64,000 nt of DNA, taken from a bacterium. Lineage in GTDB: Bacteria; Bacteroidota; Bacteroidia; Bacteroidales; Paludibacteraceae. The stretch is taken from the NCBI GenBank assembly GCA_044433285.1, contig JAWXTU010000001.1, positions 109 to 64,108 of the forward strand, written 5' to 3'. Numbering within the stretch: the first letter of the stretch is position 1; each line of letters begins with the position of its first letter. The position numbers and the translations under genes are program-made. The notes below the pieces were generated by a model. That model searched no databases. It saw only the letters and a program-made list of their open reading frames with translations, and was not told where the DNA came from. Below, in pieces: positions 8,803 to 18,953 of this stretch.

Positions 8803-11484
8803 ATGAAACTAATTTTTAAAATTGACTATTTCACTAGATGGAACGAGGAGTTGCGTATAGTAGGTAATATTACTCAATTGGGTAGTGGTAACGAGAGAGA
8901 TGCCGTGGTGATGGTATATACCCCTGATGCTTGGCAGTTTGAGTTGGAAATTCCACAAGATAAAGTGGCTAAATTGGAGTATAATTACCTTTTTGTTGAT
9001 AAAAATAGCGGTGTAGTAACTCGTGAATGGGGCGAATGCAGAAAAATTAAATGCTCAAAAGCGACACAAATATTACACGTGATTGATGCGTGGAATAGTA
9101 TATCCGCTGTAGAAAATACATTTATGACAGCTCCTTTTACAGAGGTGTTGTTGCGTAAGAATATAACTCCAATCACTACAAAATTAGTGCGTAAATATAC
9201 ACACGCATTTAGTGTGAAAGCCCCTTTGTTATCTCAGAATGAGGCAGTTTGCATAATAGGTAATTGCGATGAATTGGGAGGTTGGGACGTATCTAATCCA
9301 GTGATTTTGTCTAATAAAAACTACCCATATTGGAATGTAGATTTGTTATTAGATAAGGTGACAGAGGAGATACATTATAAATATGCTATATATAATGTAG
9401 AAGAGAATAAATTCCGCTGTTTTGAGCAGGGACAAGATCGTATTATCCCTTCAGCAAAAGCTGGTGAGCAAGTTTGTGTAAACGACGAATTTGTGCGTTT
9501 GGATACTAATACTTGGCATGGTGCTGGTGTGAGTATTCCTGTATTCTCTTTGCGTAGCGAAAAATCATTTGGTTGCGGTGATTTTACCGATTTAAAACTT
9601 ATGGTGGACTGGGCTAGTAAAGTAGGTTTAAAACTTATTCAGGTATTGCCGCTTAATGATACAATTGGCACCCATACAGATGCAGATGTATTGCCTTATG
9701 CTGCAATTTCTGCATTTGCACTCAATCCTCTATTTATGGATATCTCTAAATTGAGTTTGCCTAAAAATAGCCCATTGTTAGCAGAATATGCTAAGTTGCA
9801 ACCAAAACTAAATGGCGAGGACCTAATGAACTTTATGGAGGTTATAAACTTCAAGTTAAAGTACATAAGTGCTTCGTATTTGCATAATAAGAAGGAGTTT
9901 CTGAAATCTCCAGATTTCTTAGATTTTTTTGATGCAAACGCCTATTGGTTAAAGGCATATGCTGCATATTGTTGTTTAAGAGACAAAAAAGGCAGCTGCG
10001 ATTACCGCACTTGGGACGATTTTGCTCTCTTTTCTGAACAAAAAATAGAGGATATTTCTAATACTTCGCACGCCTGGTTTAATGACGTAGCGCAATGGTG
10101 GTATTGTCAGTATCATCTTCATTTACAGCTACTTGAGGCGGTAGATTATGCTCATAGTTGTGGTGTGGTGTTGAAAGGTGATATTCCAATTGGAGTAAAC
10201 AGAAACAGTGTTGATACTTGGGTAGCACCTGAACTGTTTAATATGGATATGGCAGCTGGTGCTCCGCCTGATATGTTTGCTATTAAAGGTCAAAATTGGG
10301 AGTTGCCAACCTATAACTGGGGTGAGATTGAACGTACCGATTTCGATTGGTGGAAGAAACGCTTTGAACAAATGGCAAGATATTTCGATACATTCCGTAT
10401 CGATCATATCTTAGGATTTTTCCGCATATGGCAAATTCCGCTTAAACATCAAGAGGGTATAATGGGATATCTTAGTCCATCTATTCCTTTGTATGTTGAT
10501 GAGTTCGAATCGCGCGGAGTGTGGTTTGATTATGAGAGATTTACAAAACCATATATAACAGATGATATTTTATGGAACCTATTCGGCGAGGAGTCTCAAT
10601 GGGTGAAAGATAACTGTCTTTATATCGAGTATGGATTTGCTTATCGCTTGAGAGCTGAATATCAAAATCAATCGGATGTAGAGCAGCGATTTGCTAATGG
10701 TGAGTTCTCTGAACGAGTGAAATATGGTCTGTTTGATTTGATATCTAATGTACTGCTTTTTGAAGTGGAAGGTAGTGAAGGAAGACAATATTATCCACGT
10801 TTTGGTATGCAGACACTTAGTACCTTTGCAGCACTTAATGATGAGCAAAAACGTGTCTTTGAGGAGTTGTATGTGAACTATTTCTTCCGTCGTCAAGATG
10901 ACAGATGGTACGAATCTGCAATGCAAAAATTACCAGCTCTTAAAGCTGCATCTAATATGCTTATTTGTGGTGAAGATTTGGGTATGATGACTAGATGTGT
11001 TACCGAGGCTATGAAAAATCTCTCGATTTTGAGTCTAGAAATACAACGTGCCCCAAAAGATGATAAAATAGAATTTTTCCACCCGGCAAATGCTCCATAT
11101 TTGTCTGTTGTAACTCCATCTACACACGATATGAGTACAGTACGTGGCTGGTGGGAAGAGGATAGAGATGTGAGCAAACGCTTTTATTACAACGAATTAG
11201 GTCATGGTGGTGATGTGCCTTATTTTGCAGAGTGGTGGATTTGTCGTGATGTACTATTGCAACATCTATATTCGCCTGCTATGTGGGCTATTTTCCAATG
11301 GCAAGATTTGATGGGTATATCGCCAGAGTTGAGGCGTGATGACCCTAATGCAGAGCGTATTAATGTTCCATCAAATTCGTTGTTTAGCTGGAGATATCGC
11401 ATGCATATGACTATTGAAAAGTTGTTGCAATGTGATGACTTTAACTCTACGCTGGAAAATTATATAAAAAAATCTTGTAGATAA
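8803..11484 (+). CDS. malQ: 4-alpha-glucanotransferase (GH77 amylomaltase) with N-terminal starch-binding (CBM20-like) repeats
   Basis: 893 aa. GH77 core motifs (GVSIPVFSLRS, FRIDHILGFFRIW, LICGEDLG, PSTHD). Two N-terminal beta-rich modules. Confidence 0.9.
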   Translation: MKLIFKIDYFTRWNEELRIVGNITQLGSGNERDAVVMVYTPDAWQFELEIPQDKVAKLEYNYLFVDKNSGVVTREWGECRKIKCSKATQILHVIDAWNSISAVENTFMTAPFTEVLLRKNITPITTKLVRKYTHAFSVKAPLLSQNEAVCIIGNCDELGGWDVSNPVILSNKNYPYWNVDLLLDKVTEEIHYKYAIYNVEENKFRCFEQGQDRIIPSAKAGEQVCVNDEFVRLDTNTWHGAGVSIPVFSLRSEKSFGCGDFTDLKLMVDWASKVGLKLIQVLPLNDTIGTHTDADVLPYAAISAFALNPLFMDISKLSLPKNSPLLAEYAKLQPKLNGEDLMNFMEVINFKLKYISASYLHNKKEFLKSPDFLDFFDANAYWLKAYAAYCCLRDKKGSCDYRTWDDFALFSEQKIEDISNTSHAWFNDVAQWWYCQYHLHLQLLEAVDYAHSCGVVLKGDIPIGVNRNSVDTWVAPELFNMDMAAGAPPDMFAIKGQNWELPTYNWGEIERTDFDWWKKRFEQMARYFDTFRIDHILGFFRIWQIPLKHQEGIMGYLSPSIPLYVDEFESRGVWFDYERFTKPYITDDILWNLFGEESQWVKDNCLYIEYGFAYRLRAEYQNQSDVEQRFANGEFSERVKYGLFDLISNVLLFEVEGSEGRQYYPRFGMQTLSTFAALNDEQKRVFEELYVNYFFRRQDDRWYESAMQKLPALKAASNMLICGEDLGMMTRCVTEAMKNLSILSLEIQRAPKDDKIEFFHPANAPYLSVVTPSTHDMSTVRGWWEEDRDVSKRFYYNELGHGGDVPYFAEWWICRDVLLQHLYSPAMWAIFQWQDLMGISPELRRDDPNAERINVPSNSLFSWRYRMHMTIEKLLQCDDFNSTLENYIKKSCR

Positions 11485-11496
11485 CAAAAAAAGTAT

Positions 11497-11504
11497 TAAC
11501 TTTG
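11497..11504 (+). promoter_or_regulatory. -7 box TAacTTTG upstream of the Wza/Wzc module
   Basis: TAACTTTG lies 29 nt upstream of the ATG at 11533. Partial -33 (cTTG) 19 nt upstream. Confidence 0.45.
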
Positions 11505-11532
11505 CAGTCCGAAAATATATATATTATTTTAA

Positions 11533-12330
11533 ATGAAACAATATAAAAAAATATTGCTATATCTGCTGTTGGTGGTTGTATTTTCTTCATGTGTTACCAC
11601 GAAGAAAATCAACTATTTACAGACACGAGATGGGATACCTCAGTATGTCGATACAGTGTCGTATGTAGACTATAAGTTGCAGAAGGGCGATTATTTATAT
11701 ATCAGGGTTAAAACATTAAATGCAGAAGATTATGTAACTTTTAATGGTAATATTAATGTGTATGGTCAATCTCAAATGACATCGGATAATTCTGTCGCAC
11801 GTCTTTATTTGTACTTAATAGGTGAAGATGATTGTATTGATTATCCCTATATTGGAAAAGTAAAAGTGGCAGGAGATGATTTGAGAGGAGTTAAGGAAAA
11901 ACTGGAAGAGAAATTATCGGAGATGTTAAATGAGTTCTCTGTTGATGTTCGTATGGCAAATAGAAGTTTTTCGGTTATTGGTGAATCAGGTTCTGGACGA
12001 TATGAAATACCTCGTGATAAAATTACTATTTTTGATGCGTTGGCTATGAGTGGAGGATTGACAAATTACTCTAAGCGAAATAAAATTCAGATTATACGAC
12101 AAACCGTAGATGGTACTATTGTAAAGACTTTCGATATTAGATCTAGTTCAATTATTGATTCCGAGTACTATTACATTCAACCTAACGATGTGATTTATGT
12201 TCCATTTAAGGATTCTAAATATTGGGGAATGAGTACACTTACAACCACATTGTCGGTTGCGTTTACAACGATATCTGTTTCTGTATTCGTGTATTCTCTT
12301 GTCAACACAATTGTTTCATTGTATAAATAA
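11533..12330 (+). CDS. Polysaccharide export outer-membrane protein (Wza/BexD family), paralog 1
   Basis: Lipoprotein-type signal (VVFSSC), Poly_export/SLBB-like core, C-terminal hydrophobic helix. Confidence 0.8.
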   Translation: MKQYKKILLYLLLVVVFSSCVTTKKINYLQTRDGIPQYVDTVSYVDYKLQKGDYLYIRVKTLNAEDYVTFNGNINVYGQSQMTSDNSVARLYLYLIGEDDCIDYPYIGKVKVAGDDLRGVKEKLEEKLSEMLNEFSVDVRMANRSFSVIGESGSGRYEIPRDKITIFDALAMSGGLTNYSKRNKIQIIRQTVDGTIVKTFDIRSSSIIDSEYYYIQPNDVIYVPFKDSKYWGMSTLTTTLSVAFTTISVSVFVYSLVNTIVSLYK

Positions 12331-12332
12331 GT

Positions 12333-13103
12333 ATGCTACCTTATAAAATGAGTAAATTATTAAAATATTTGTGTTTTGTTGTAGTGATAACTCTCCTTTC
12401 TGGTTGTTATCCCCTACGGAGAGTAGGATTATTGCAAGAGCGAGATGGTTTGCCTACTTATGATCAGACAAGTGAGTATAAACTATATCATTTGCGTCAA
12501 AATGATGAGGTTGATTTACGTATAATTACTTCAAACGAGGAGACTTCCCTTCTGTTTCAAAATACGGTTAATGGTACGGTTAATTTAACATATAGCGGAT
12601 TTCCTTATCGTATATTTGAAGATGGAACGATAGATATTCCTTTTGTGAATAAGGTAAAAATAGAGGGTTTGACAATAGAAGAGGCTGAGGATAAAATAGA
12701 GGAGAGTTTATCGCAGTTTGTCGATGATATTAGTGTGAAATTATCTTTGTCAACTAATACATTTAGTGTAATTGGTGATGCTGGTAGAGGTTATTTTCCT
12801 ATTTATAAGGAACGCCTTACAATATATCAAGCTTTAGCTCTTTGTGGTGGAATTAATGAATCGGCTGACTTTAGTAAAGTAAAAATATTGAGAACAACAG
12901 ATGAGGGTGTTAGTATAGTAGAGTTTGATATTAGAACCAAATCAATTATTGATTCTGAATATTATTATATCTACCCTAATGATATTATCTATCTTGATAT
13001 TTCTAAACGTAAATTCTGGGCAATTGGCTCTTATTCAACGTTTGTCGGTGTGATATCATCTTCGCTAAGTTTGGTGATTTCTGTGTGGAATACTATCTTT
13101 TAA
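12333..13103 (+). CDS. Polysaccharide export outer-membrane protein (Wza/BexD family), paralog 2
   Basis: Same architecture as the preceding ORF. Shared blocks include SVIG(E/D).G.GR(Y), LTI(F/Y).AL...GG and SIIDSEYYYI.PND.IY. Confidence 0.8.
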   Translation: MLPYKMSKLLKYLCFVVVITLLSGCYPLRRVGLLQERDGLPTYDQTSEYKLYHLRQNDEVDLRIITSNEETSLLFQNTVNGTVNLTYSGFPYRIFEDGTIDIPFVNKVKIEGLTIEEAEDKIEESLSQFVDDISVKLSLSTNTFSVIGDAGRGYFPIYKERLTIYQALALCGGINESADFSKVKILRTTDEGVSIVEFDIRTKSIIDSEYYYIYPNDIIYLDISKRKFWAIGSYSTFVGVISSSLSLVISVWNTIF

Positions 13104-13125
13104 AAAATAAGGAAATTTATAATTT

Positions 13126-15510
13126 ATGGAAAATAAAGAGTATAATAGAGGTTCTAATAATAGTTTGTCTGACTATGATTTTTTAGATAAGGAAGGAGAT
13201 TCTATTAACATAATGGAATGGGTAATGCGCTTCCTCTCTTATTGGTATCTTTTCGTAATCGCCTGTGTGATTATGATTGGATTAGCAATAGTTAAAAATT
13301 TAAGTTGGATGCCAAACTATTTTACAGAATCAAAAGTTGTAATACAAACCAACACCTCAAGCGATTTTAATTTTATGTCTGGTTTTGGTAGTGGACCAAC
13401 AAATAACGAACTTCTTATTCTTAGTTCATATGATTTAGTAAACAAAACTGTTTCAGAGTTACCATTTGACGTAGATTATTATTATCAAGATTTTTTTAAA
13501 ACAAAAAATCTATATGGTAGTGAGCCTATCAGGATTATTAGTAACTATATATCTCAAGATGCATATTTGTGTGAATTTAAATTTACCCCCCTCGATAGCA
13601 GGAGTTTTGAAATATCTATAGTGAATGATTTTGGAAAAGAGTTTTATCCAGATTTTAAAATAGCAGGAAACTATGGTGTTCCTATTGAAAACTCTCTTTT
13701 TTCTATTACCATTGAAAACTTGTATCTGCCTCTAGATAATAATCAGTTTAATTTTAGATTTAGGAGTCTGCTCTCTCTAGAAGAGGAGTTTGTATCGCGT
13801 ATGTCATTATCTTATGTGGGAGAGCAAACGTCAGTTATCTCTTTATCTTTAGTTAGTAATACAACAAAGAGGGATAGAGATTTTTTAGATAAATTGAATG
13901 AGAAGTTTTTGGAGCGTAACCTAAATGAAAAAAATGAGGAGGCAACTCGTACTATCCACTTTATAAATGAGCAACTTATCGCTATTTCAAGTTCGTTAGA
14001 CTCTTCAGAAACTGAATTAAGAGATTTTCGTAACAAGTATAATATGGTTGATGTAAATGCACACACATCATCTATATTAACTAAATTAACAGCATTAGAT
14101 GATCAGAGATCTAAAATGAATTTAAAAGAGGCTTATTTTGATGAGCTTTCTAGATACCTAAGTGAAAATATAGTAAAAGAGAAACTTGTTGCACCATCTT
14201 CTATTGGAGTTTCTGATCCAATTTTGCTTGATTTGGTAACGAAATTTAATGAAGTACAACAGAAACGTAATGAACTAGGAGAGAAAAATCCTAATTATGA
14301 GCGTTACTCTCGTAGTTTGAATGAGATAAAAGTTACATTGACAGAGGTTTTAGAAAATGTACGCAAAATATTTAGCTTAGAGCGCGAGGCTTTTAATGTT
14401 GAGTACTCTAAGGCGATGCAGGAGTTGCAAACTCTTCCTGAGCGTGAGCTTAATATGGTGAATGTGGAACGTCAGTATAAGATTAATGATAATTATTATA
14501 CATTCCTTTTGCAAAAACAAGCTGAAGCTCAGATTCGTATGGCATCAAATGTGCCAGATAATAAAATTTTGCAAAATGCTAGGACCTCAATTCTCCCTGT
14601 AAATTCTAGTGAGAAATCAAAAGTTTATCTTATATTCTTATTGTTGGGTATAGCGCTACCTTCTATATTTATTATTTTAAAAGAGTTGTTGAATACAACA
14701 ATCAGAAGTGAAGCAGATATCAATAAACTTACTAATACTTCAGTTATTGGGGCTATTTTACATACCAATAATACAAAAGATAAGGTTATTACTGCTAAAA
14801 AAACTCGCTCTTTGTATGCGGAGAGATTTCGTATGTTGAGATCAAGGTTGGAGTTTATTGGACCAACCAGAGATAAAATCTCTATGCTCATATCCTCTTC
14901 TGAATCGAAAGATGGTAAAACACATTTTGTTGTTAATTTCGCAGGATCATATAGTTTGCTAAAGAAAAAGGTATTGCTTGTGGATTTAGACTTACGTAAT
15001 CCTACTCTCTCTAAACAGTTGGAGTGTGATGCGTCTAAAGGAATTACTAATCTAATGATAGGTGAAATTACATTAAATGAGGCAATTATTAAGGGTCGTG
15101 ATTCTGGTCTTTCGTTTGACTTTTTACCATCTGGTATACTACCTCCAAATCCTGCCGAGTTGTTGTCATCTTCTTTAATGAAAGAGCTTTTTGATACCTT
15201 AAAAGAGTCTTATGATTATGTCTTGATGGACTCTTCACCACTTGGATTGGTTGCAGATGCATATGCTATTTCTAATATGGTAGATGTAAATCTTATCATT
15301 ACAAGGGTCGGAAAAACAGATAAAGAGAGATTTAAGAATTTTATGTTGCAATTAAATCAAGATAATATTAAGAATATTTATCTTGTCCTTAATGATGTGC
15401 CTGTAGAGAAGAAAGGAATTGCAGCCAAAGCATATGGAAATTACTATTTATCTAAGAGTAGTAAATACTACGTAGATGATAATAAATATTATACAACAGA
15501 CGACGAATAA
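13126..15510 (+). CDS. Chain-length determinant / tyrosine autokinase (Wzc/GumC-like)
   Basis: 794 aa. N-terminal TM, Wzz-like coiled-coil periplasmic region, second TM. C-terminal BY-kinase P-loop (SSESKDGKT), Walker A' (LLVDLDLRNP), Walker B (YVLMDSSP) and a Tyr-rich tail (YGNYYLSKSSKYYVDDNKYY). Confidence 0.85.
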   Translation: MENKEYNRGSNNSLSDYDFLDKEGDSINIMEWVMRFLSYWYLFVIACVIMIGLAIVKNLSWMPNYFTESKVVIQTNTSSDFNFMSGFGSGPTNNELLILSSYDLVNKTVSELPFDVDYYYQDFFKTKNLYGSEPIRIISNYISQDAYLCEFKFTPLDSRSFEISIVNDFGKEFYPDFKIAGNYGVPIENSLFSITIENLYLPLDNNQFNFRFRSLLSLEEEFVSRMSLSYVGEQTSVISLSLVSNTTKRDRDFLDKLNEKFLERNLNEKNEEATRTIHFINEQLIAISSSLDSSETELRDFRNKYNMVDVNAHTSSILTKLTALDDQRSKMNLKEAYFDELSRYLSENIVKEKLVAPSSIGVSDPILLDLVTKFNEVQQKRNELGEKNPNYERYSRSLNEIKVTLTEVLENVRKIFSLEREAFNVEYSKAMQELQTLPERELNMVNVERQYKINDNYYTFLLQKQAEAQIRMASNVPDNKILQNARTSILPVNSSEKSKVYLIFLLLGIALPSIFIILKELLNTTIRSEADINKLTNTSVIGAILHTNNTKDKVITAKKTRSLYAERFRMLRSRLEFIGPTRDKISMLISSSESKDGKTHFVVNFAGSYSLLKKKVLLVDLDLRNPTLSKQLECDASKGITNLMIGEITLNEAIIKGRDSGLSFDFLPSGILPPNPAELLSSSLMKELFDTLKESYDYVLMDSSPLGLVADAYAISNMVDVNLIITRVGKTDKERFKNFMLQLNQDNIKNIYLVLNDVPVEKKGIAAKAYGNYYLSKSSKYYVDDNKYYTTDDE

Positions 15511-15724
15511 TTAAATAACTAAAAGCTCTTTATATACAGAACTTGAGCATAAAGTTGATGTTTTTATGCTGCTGTATTGAGGAGATAATAAAATTTTAGC
15601 TCTTGGAAAGAGCGATTTTTGAATAGAGATTATGTTTTTTTACATGCGTTACTCCATATAACGTCCTGAAACTACGCAATTTAAGGGTCTCGAATTGTTT
15701 TTGTAAAAATAAAGTTCAAAAATA

Positions 15725-15756
15725 TTTGCTGGGGTGCAAAAAAAACCGTACCTTTG
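15725..15756 (+). promoter_or_regulatory. Promoter for rpmB-rpmG (-33 TTTG, -7 TAccTTTG)
   Basis: TTTG at 15725-15728 and TACCTTTG at 15749-15756, spacing 20 nt. Confidence 0.55.
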
Positions 15757-15804
15757 CAAACTCATTCTGAGGAATAATGTAAAACAATAAATAGATATAG
15801 GAAA

Positions 15805-16065
15805 ATGTCAAAGATTTGTCAAATTACTGGAAAAAAAGCAATGATTGGCAACAATGTTTCGCACTCAAAACGTCGTACAAAACGTACTTTTGATGTAAAC
15901 TTGTTCCGTAAGAAATTCTACTATGTAGAACATGGTTGCTGGATCAGCCTTAAGGTGTCAGCCTCTGGTCTGCGTACTATAAACAAGTTAGGTTTGGATG
16001 CTGCTCTTACTGAGGCAGTAAATAAAGGTTATTGTAACTGGAAGGATATTAAAATTTTAGCGTAA
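15805..16065 (+). CDS. rpmB: 50S ribosomal protein L28
   Basis: [29 protein letters not shown] signature. Confidence 0.95.
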   Translation: MSKICQITGKKAMIGNNVSHSKRRTKRTFDVNLFRKKFYYVEHGCWISLKVSASGLRTINKLGLDAALTEAVNKGYCNWKDIKILA

Positions 16066-16095
16066 CCTTCATACCAATCAAAGGAGAAATAAATT

Positions 16096-16284
16096 ATGGC
16101 AAAGAAGTCAAAAGAAGCAAGAGTCCAAGTGATTTTGGAGTGCACAGAGCACAAAGAGAGTGGTATGCCGGGTACATCTCGTTACATTACTACAAAAAAT
16201 CGTAAGAATACTACTCAACGTTTAGAATTGAAAAAATATAATCCAATTCTAAGACGAGTTACAGTTCATAAAGAGATTAAATAA
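16096..16284 (+). CDS. rpmG: 50S ribosomal protein L33
   Basis: 62 aa, basic, with ...[21 protein letters not shown]... signature. Lies directly after rpmB. Confidence 0.95.
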   Translation: MAKKSKEARVQVILECTEHKESGMPGTSRYITTKNRKNTTQRLELKKYNPILRRVTVHKEIK

Positions 16285-16293
16285 TTTTAGATC

Positions 16294-16446
16294 ATGGCAA
16301 AGAAAGTAGTAGCAAGTTTACAAAAAGGAGAGGGTCGTGGATTCTCTAAAGTAATTAAAATGGTAAAATCTCCAAAAACAGGAGCATACGTGTTCCAAAC
16401 AGAGATGGTTCCTAACGATAAAGTTAAAGATTTTTACGCAAAATAA
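16294..16446 (+). CDS. Small conserved basic protein (DUF4295-like); below the ORF-track length cutoff
   Basis: Hand translation gives MAKKVVASLQKGEGRGFSKVIKMVKSPKTGAYVFQTEMVPNDKVKDFYAK (50 aa). Starts 9 nt after the rpmG stop. From memory, the rpmB-rpmG-DUF4295 arrangement is typical of Bacteroidota. Confidence 0.7.
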   Translation: MAKKVVASLQKGEGRGFSKVIKMVKSPKTGAYVFQTEMVPNDKVKDFYAK

Positions 16447-16481
16447 TAATTTATTATTTTTGTAAAATCAAGGTGAATATT

Positions 16482-16520
16482 AAAGGTGTGTAGAGTAATC
16501 TATACACCTTTATTATTTTA
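16482..16520 (+). terminator. Hairpin plus T-rich tail after the rpmB-rpmG-DUF4295 cluster
   Basis: AAAGGTGTGTAG / CTATACACCTTT stem (one G-U pair), 6-nt loop, followed by ATTATTTTA. Confidence 0.6.
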
Positions 16521-16529
16521 ACATTTATA

Positions 16530-16561
16530 TTTGGTAGTTTCGTGAAAAAGTGCTAACTTTG
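16530..16561 (+). promoter_or_regulatory. Promoter for ftsY-rimO (-33 TTTG, -7 TAacTTTG)
   Basis: TTTG at 16530-16533 and TAACTTTG at 16554-16561, spacing 20 nt. Confidence 0.55.
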
Positions 16562-16630
16562 CCTGCTAATAAGTTATGGCGACTTTTAATAACTGTTTAG
16601 TTTACATTTTATTAGTTTGAGTTTATGTTC

Positions 16631-16651
16631 GGGGCGTTTTTTATAACTCCC
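16631..16651 (+). repeat. Solo end module (diverged)
   Basis: TTCGGGGCGTTTTTTATAACTCCC, 24 nt upstream of the ftsY ATG. Confidence 0.55.
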
Positions 16652-16675
16652 TTTAATAATTAAAATAGGGTTAAT

Positions 16676-17629
16676 ATGGGTATTTTTAACTTTTTTAGTA
16701 AGGAAAAGAAAGAGACATTAGATAATGGTCTGAAAAAGACTAAAGAGAGCGTTTTCTCTAAGATAGCGCGTGCCGTAGTTGGTAAAAGTAAGGTAGATGA
16801 CGATGTTTTGGATAATCTCGAAGAGGTTTTAATAACTTCTGATGTGGGTGTGGAGACTACTCTTCGCATTGTCGAACGTGTGCAAGCTAGAGTAGAACGA
16901 GATAAATATGTGGGTGTTGATGAGTTACATTCTGTTTTAAAGGATGAGATTTGTCAGTTAGTGGCTGAAAATAATTCTGGAGAAAAGGTCTCGTTTGAGT
17001 CGGAATTGCCAGCTAAACCATATGTGATCATGGTGGTAGGAGTTAATGGCGTAGGAAAAACAACTACTATCGGCAAGTTAGCATATCAATTCAAGAAAGC
17101 TGGCAAATCAGTCTATCTTGGTGCAGCCGATACTTTTCGTGCAGCAGCTGTAGAACAACTTGTTATTTGGGGAGAGAGGGTTGATGTGCCTGTAATTAAG
17201 CAAAAAATGGGTTCTGACCCTGCATCCGTTGCCTATGATACACTCGCCTCGGCAAAAGCAAACGATGCTGATGTGGTAATTATAGATACAGCTGGTCGCT
17301 TGCATAATAAGGTGAATTTGATGAATGAGCTTACAAAGATTAAAAATGTAATGCAAAAAATCGTTCCAGATGCTCCACATGATGTAATGCTTGTGTTAGA
17401 TGGGTCTACTGGTCAAAACGCGTTTGAACAGGCTAAGCAATTTACTAAGGCAACACAAGTCTCATCGTTAGCTATTACCAAGTTAGATGGTACAGCCAAA
17501 GGTGGTGTTGTGTTGGGAATATCAGATCAGTTTAAAATTCCAGTAAAATATATTGGGCTAGGTGAGGGAATGACCGATCTTCAGGTGTTCGATAAAAAAG
17601 AGTTTGTAGATTCGTTGTTTGGTGAATAG
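16676..17629 (+). CDS. ftsY: Signal recognition particle receptor FtsY (short form)
   Basis: GVNGVGKTTTIGKLA P-loop, DTAGRLH, TKLDGTAKGG motifs. Confidence 0.95.
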   Translation: MGIFNFFSKEKKETLDNGLKKTKESVFSKIARAVVGKSKVDDDVLDNLEEVLITSDVGVETTLRIVERVQARVERDKYVGVDELHSVLKDEICQLVAENNSGEKVSFESELPAKPYVIMVVGVNGVGKTTTIGKLAYQFKKAGKSVYLGAADTFRAAAVEQLVIWGERVDVPVIKQKMGSDPASVAYDTLASAKANDADVVIIDTAGRLHNKVNLMNELTKIKNVMQKIVPDAPHDVMLVLDGSTGQNAFEQAKQFTKATQVSSLAITKLDGTAKGGVVLGISDQFKIPVKYIGLGEGMTDLQVFDKKEFVDSLFGE

Positions 17630-17647
17630 AGAATTTTGATAGTATAG

Positions 17648-18943
17648 ATGATAAAAGGTAGAGTAGATATAATTTCGCTAGGTTGTTATAAGAATTTAGT
17701 AGATTCTGAGCAATTAATGGCTCGTTTTAAATCGTGCGGATATGATGTACAGCACGATTCGCATGATGTAAAAGGCGAAATAGTGGTGGTGAATACGTGT
17801 GGTTTTATTGGCGATGCCAAAGAAGAATCAATAGAGATGATATTGCAATTGGCAGAAGCAAAATTGGAGGGAAAGATTTCTAAATTGTTTGTGATGGGTT
17901 GTCTTTCCGAACGCTATTTGTCTGATCTTAAAATTGAGATACCAGAGGTAGATGCCTTTTATGGTAAATTTAATTGGAGTCAGTTGATTTCGGATTTGGG
18001 TCATAATGTTGATGACTCTGCGCTCGAAGATAGAGTTCTTACAACGCCAAGTCACTATGCTTATGTGAAAATCGCTGAAGGATGCAATCGTACGTGTTCG
18101 TATTGTGCGATACCTATTATTACAGGCAAACATAAATCACGTACTATCGAGTCTATCGAGAAAGAGGTGGAGGCGCTTGCGAAGTCGGGTGTTAAAGAGT
18201 TTCAGTTGATTGCCCAGGATTTGACCTTCTATGGTATCGATTTATATAAAAAGAATACTTTGCCTCAGTTAGTTGATCGTTTGGCGAAAATTGAAGGGGT
18301 GCAATGGCTTAGACTGCATTATGCGTATCCAGCCCATTTTCCTTTTGAATTGCTGACTGTGATGCGTGAAAATGATAATGTGTGTGCATATTTAGATATA
18401 GCTTTGCAGCATATTTCGGATAATATGCTTACTGCAATGCGACGTAATGTCTCAAAGGCAGATACATATGAGTTGATAAAACGTATGCGTGCTGAGGTGC
18501 CCAATATCCATATTCGTACGACACTTTTAGTTGGTCATCCAAATGAAACTGATGCTGATTTTGAAGAGTTGAAGCAGTTTGTGAAAGATATAGAATTTGA
18601 CCGTATGGGAGTTTTTCCGTATTCTAATGAGGAGGGTACATATGCATATCTACATTATGATGATAATGTTCCCGAAGAGGTAAAACGACAGCGTGTGGAT
18701 GAATTGATGCAACTACAGCAGGGGGTATCGGAGAGATTGAACTCTAGAAAAGTTGGACAGGTTATGAAGGTGATTGTGGATAGAGAGGAGGCAGATTATT
18801 ATGTAGCACGTACCGAATTTGATTCTCCAGAGGTAGACGGAGAGGTTTATATAAATAAAAATGAGGTTTTACAAATCGGTGATTTTTATGATGTTAAGAT
18901 AACAGATGCTGATTTGTATGATCTGTATGCAGAGGTAGTTTAA
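17648..18943 (+). CDS. rimO: Ribosomal protein S12 methylthiotransferase
   Basis: 431 aa. SLGCYKNLVDSE N-terminal UPF0004 domain, radical-SAM CNRTCSYCAIP, C-terminal TRAM-like domain. Confidence 0.88.
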   Translation: MIKGRVDIISLGCYKNLVDSEQLMARFKSCGYDVQHDSHDVKGEIVVVNTCGFIGDAKEESIEMILQLAEAKLEGKISKLFVMGCLSERYLSDLKIEIPEVDAFYGKFNWSQLISDLGHNVDDSALEDRVLTTPSHYAYVKIAEGCNRTCSYCAIPIITGKHKSRTIESIEKEVEALAKSGVKEFQLIAQDLTFYGIDLYKKNTLPQLVDRLAKIEGVQWLRLHYAYPAHFPFELLTVMRENDNVCAYLDIALQHISDNMLTAMRRNVSKADTYELIKRMRAEVPNIHIRTTLLVGHPNETDADFEELKQFVKDIEFDRMGVFPYSNEEGTYAYLHYDDNVPEEVKRQRVDELMQLQQGVSERLNSRKVGQVMKVIVDREEADYYVARTEFDSPEVDGEVYINKNEVLQIGDFYDVKITDADLYDLYAEVV

Positions 18944-18953
18944 CTTTAATTTC

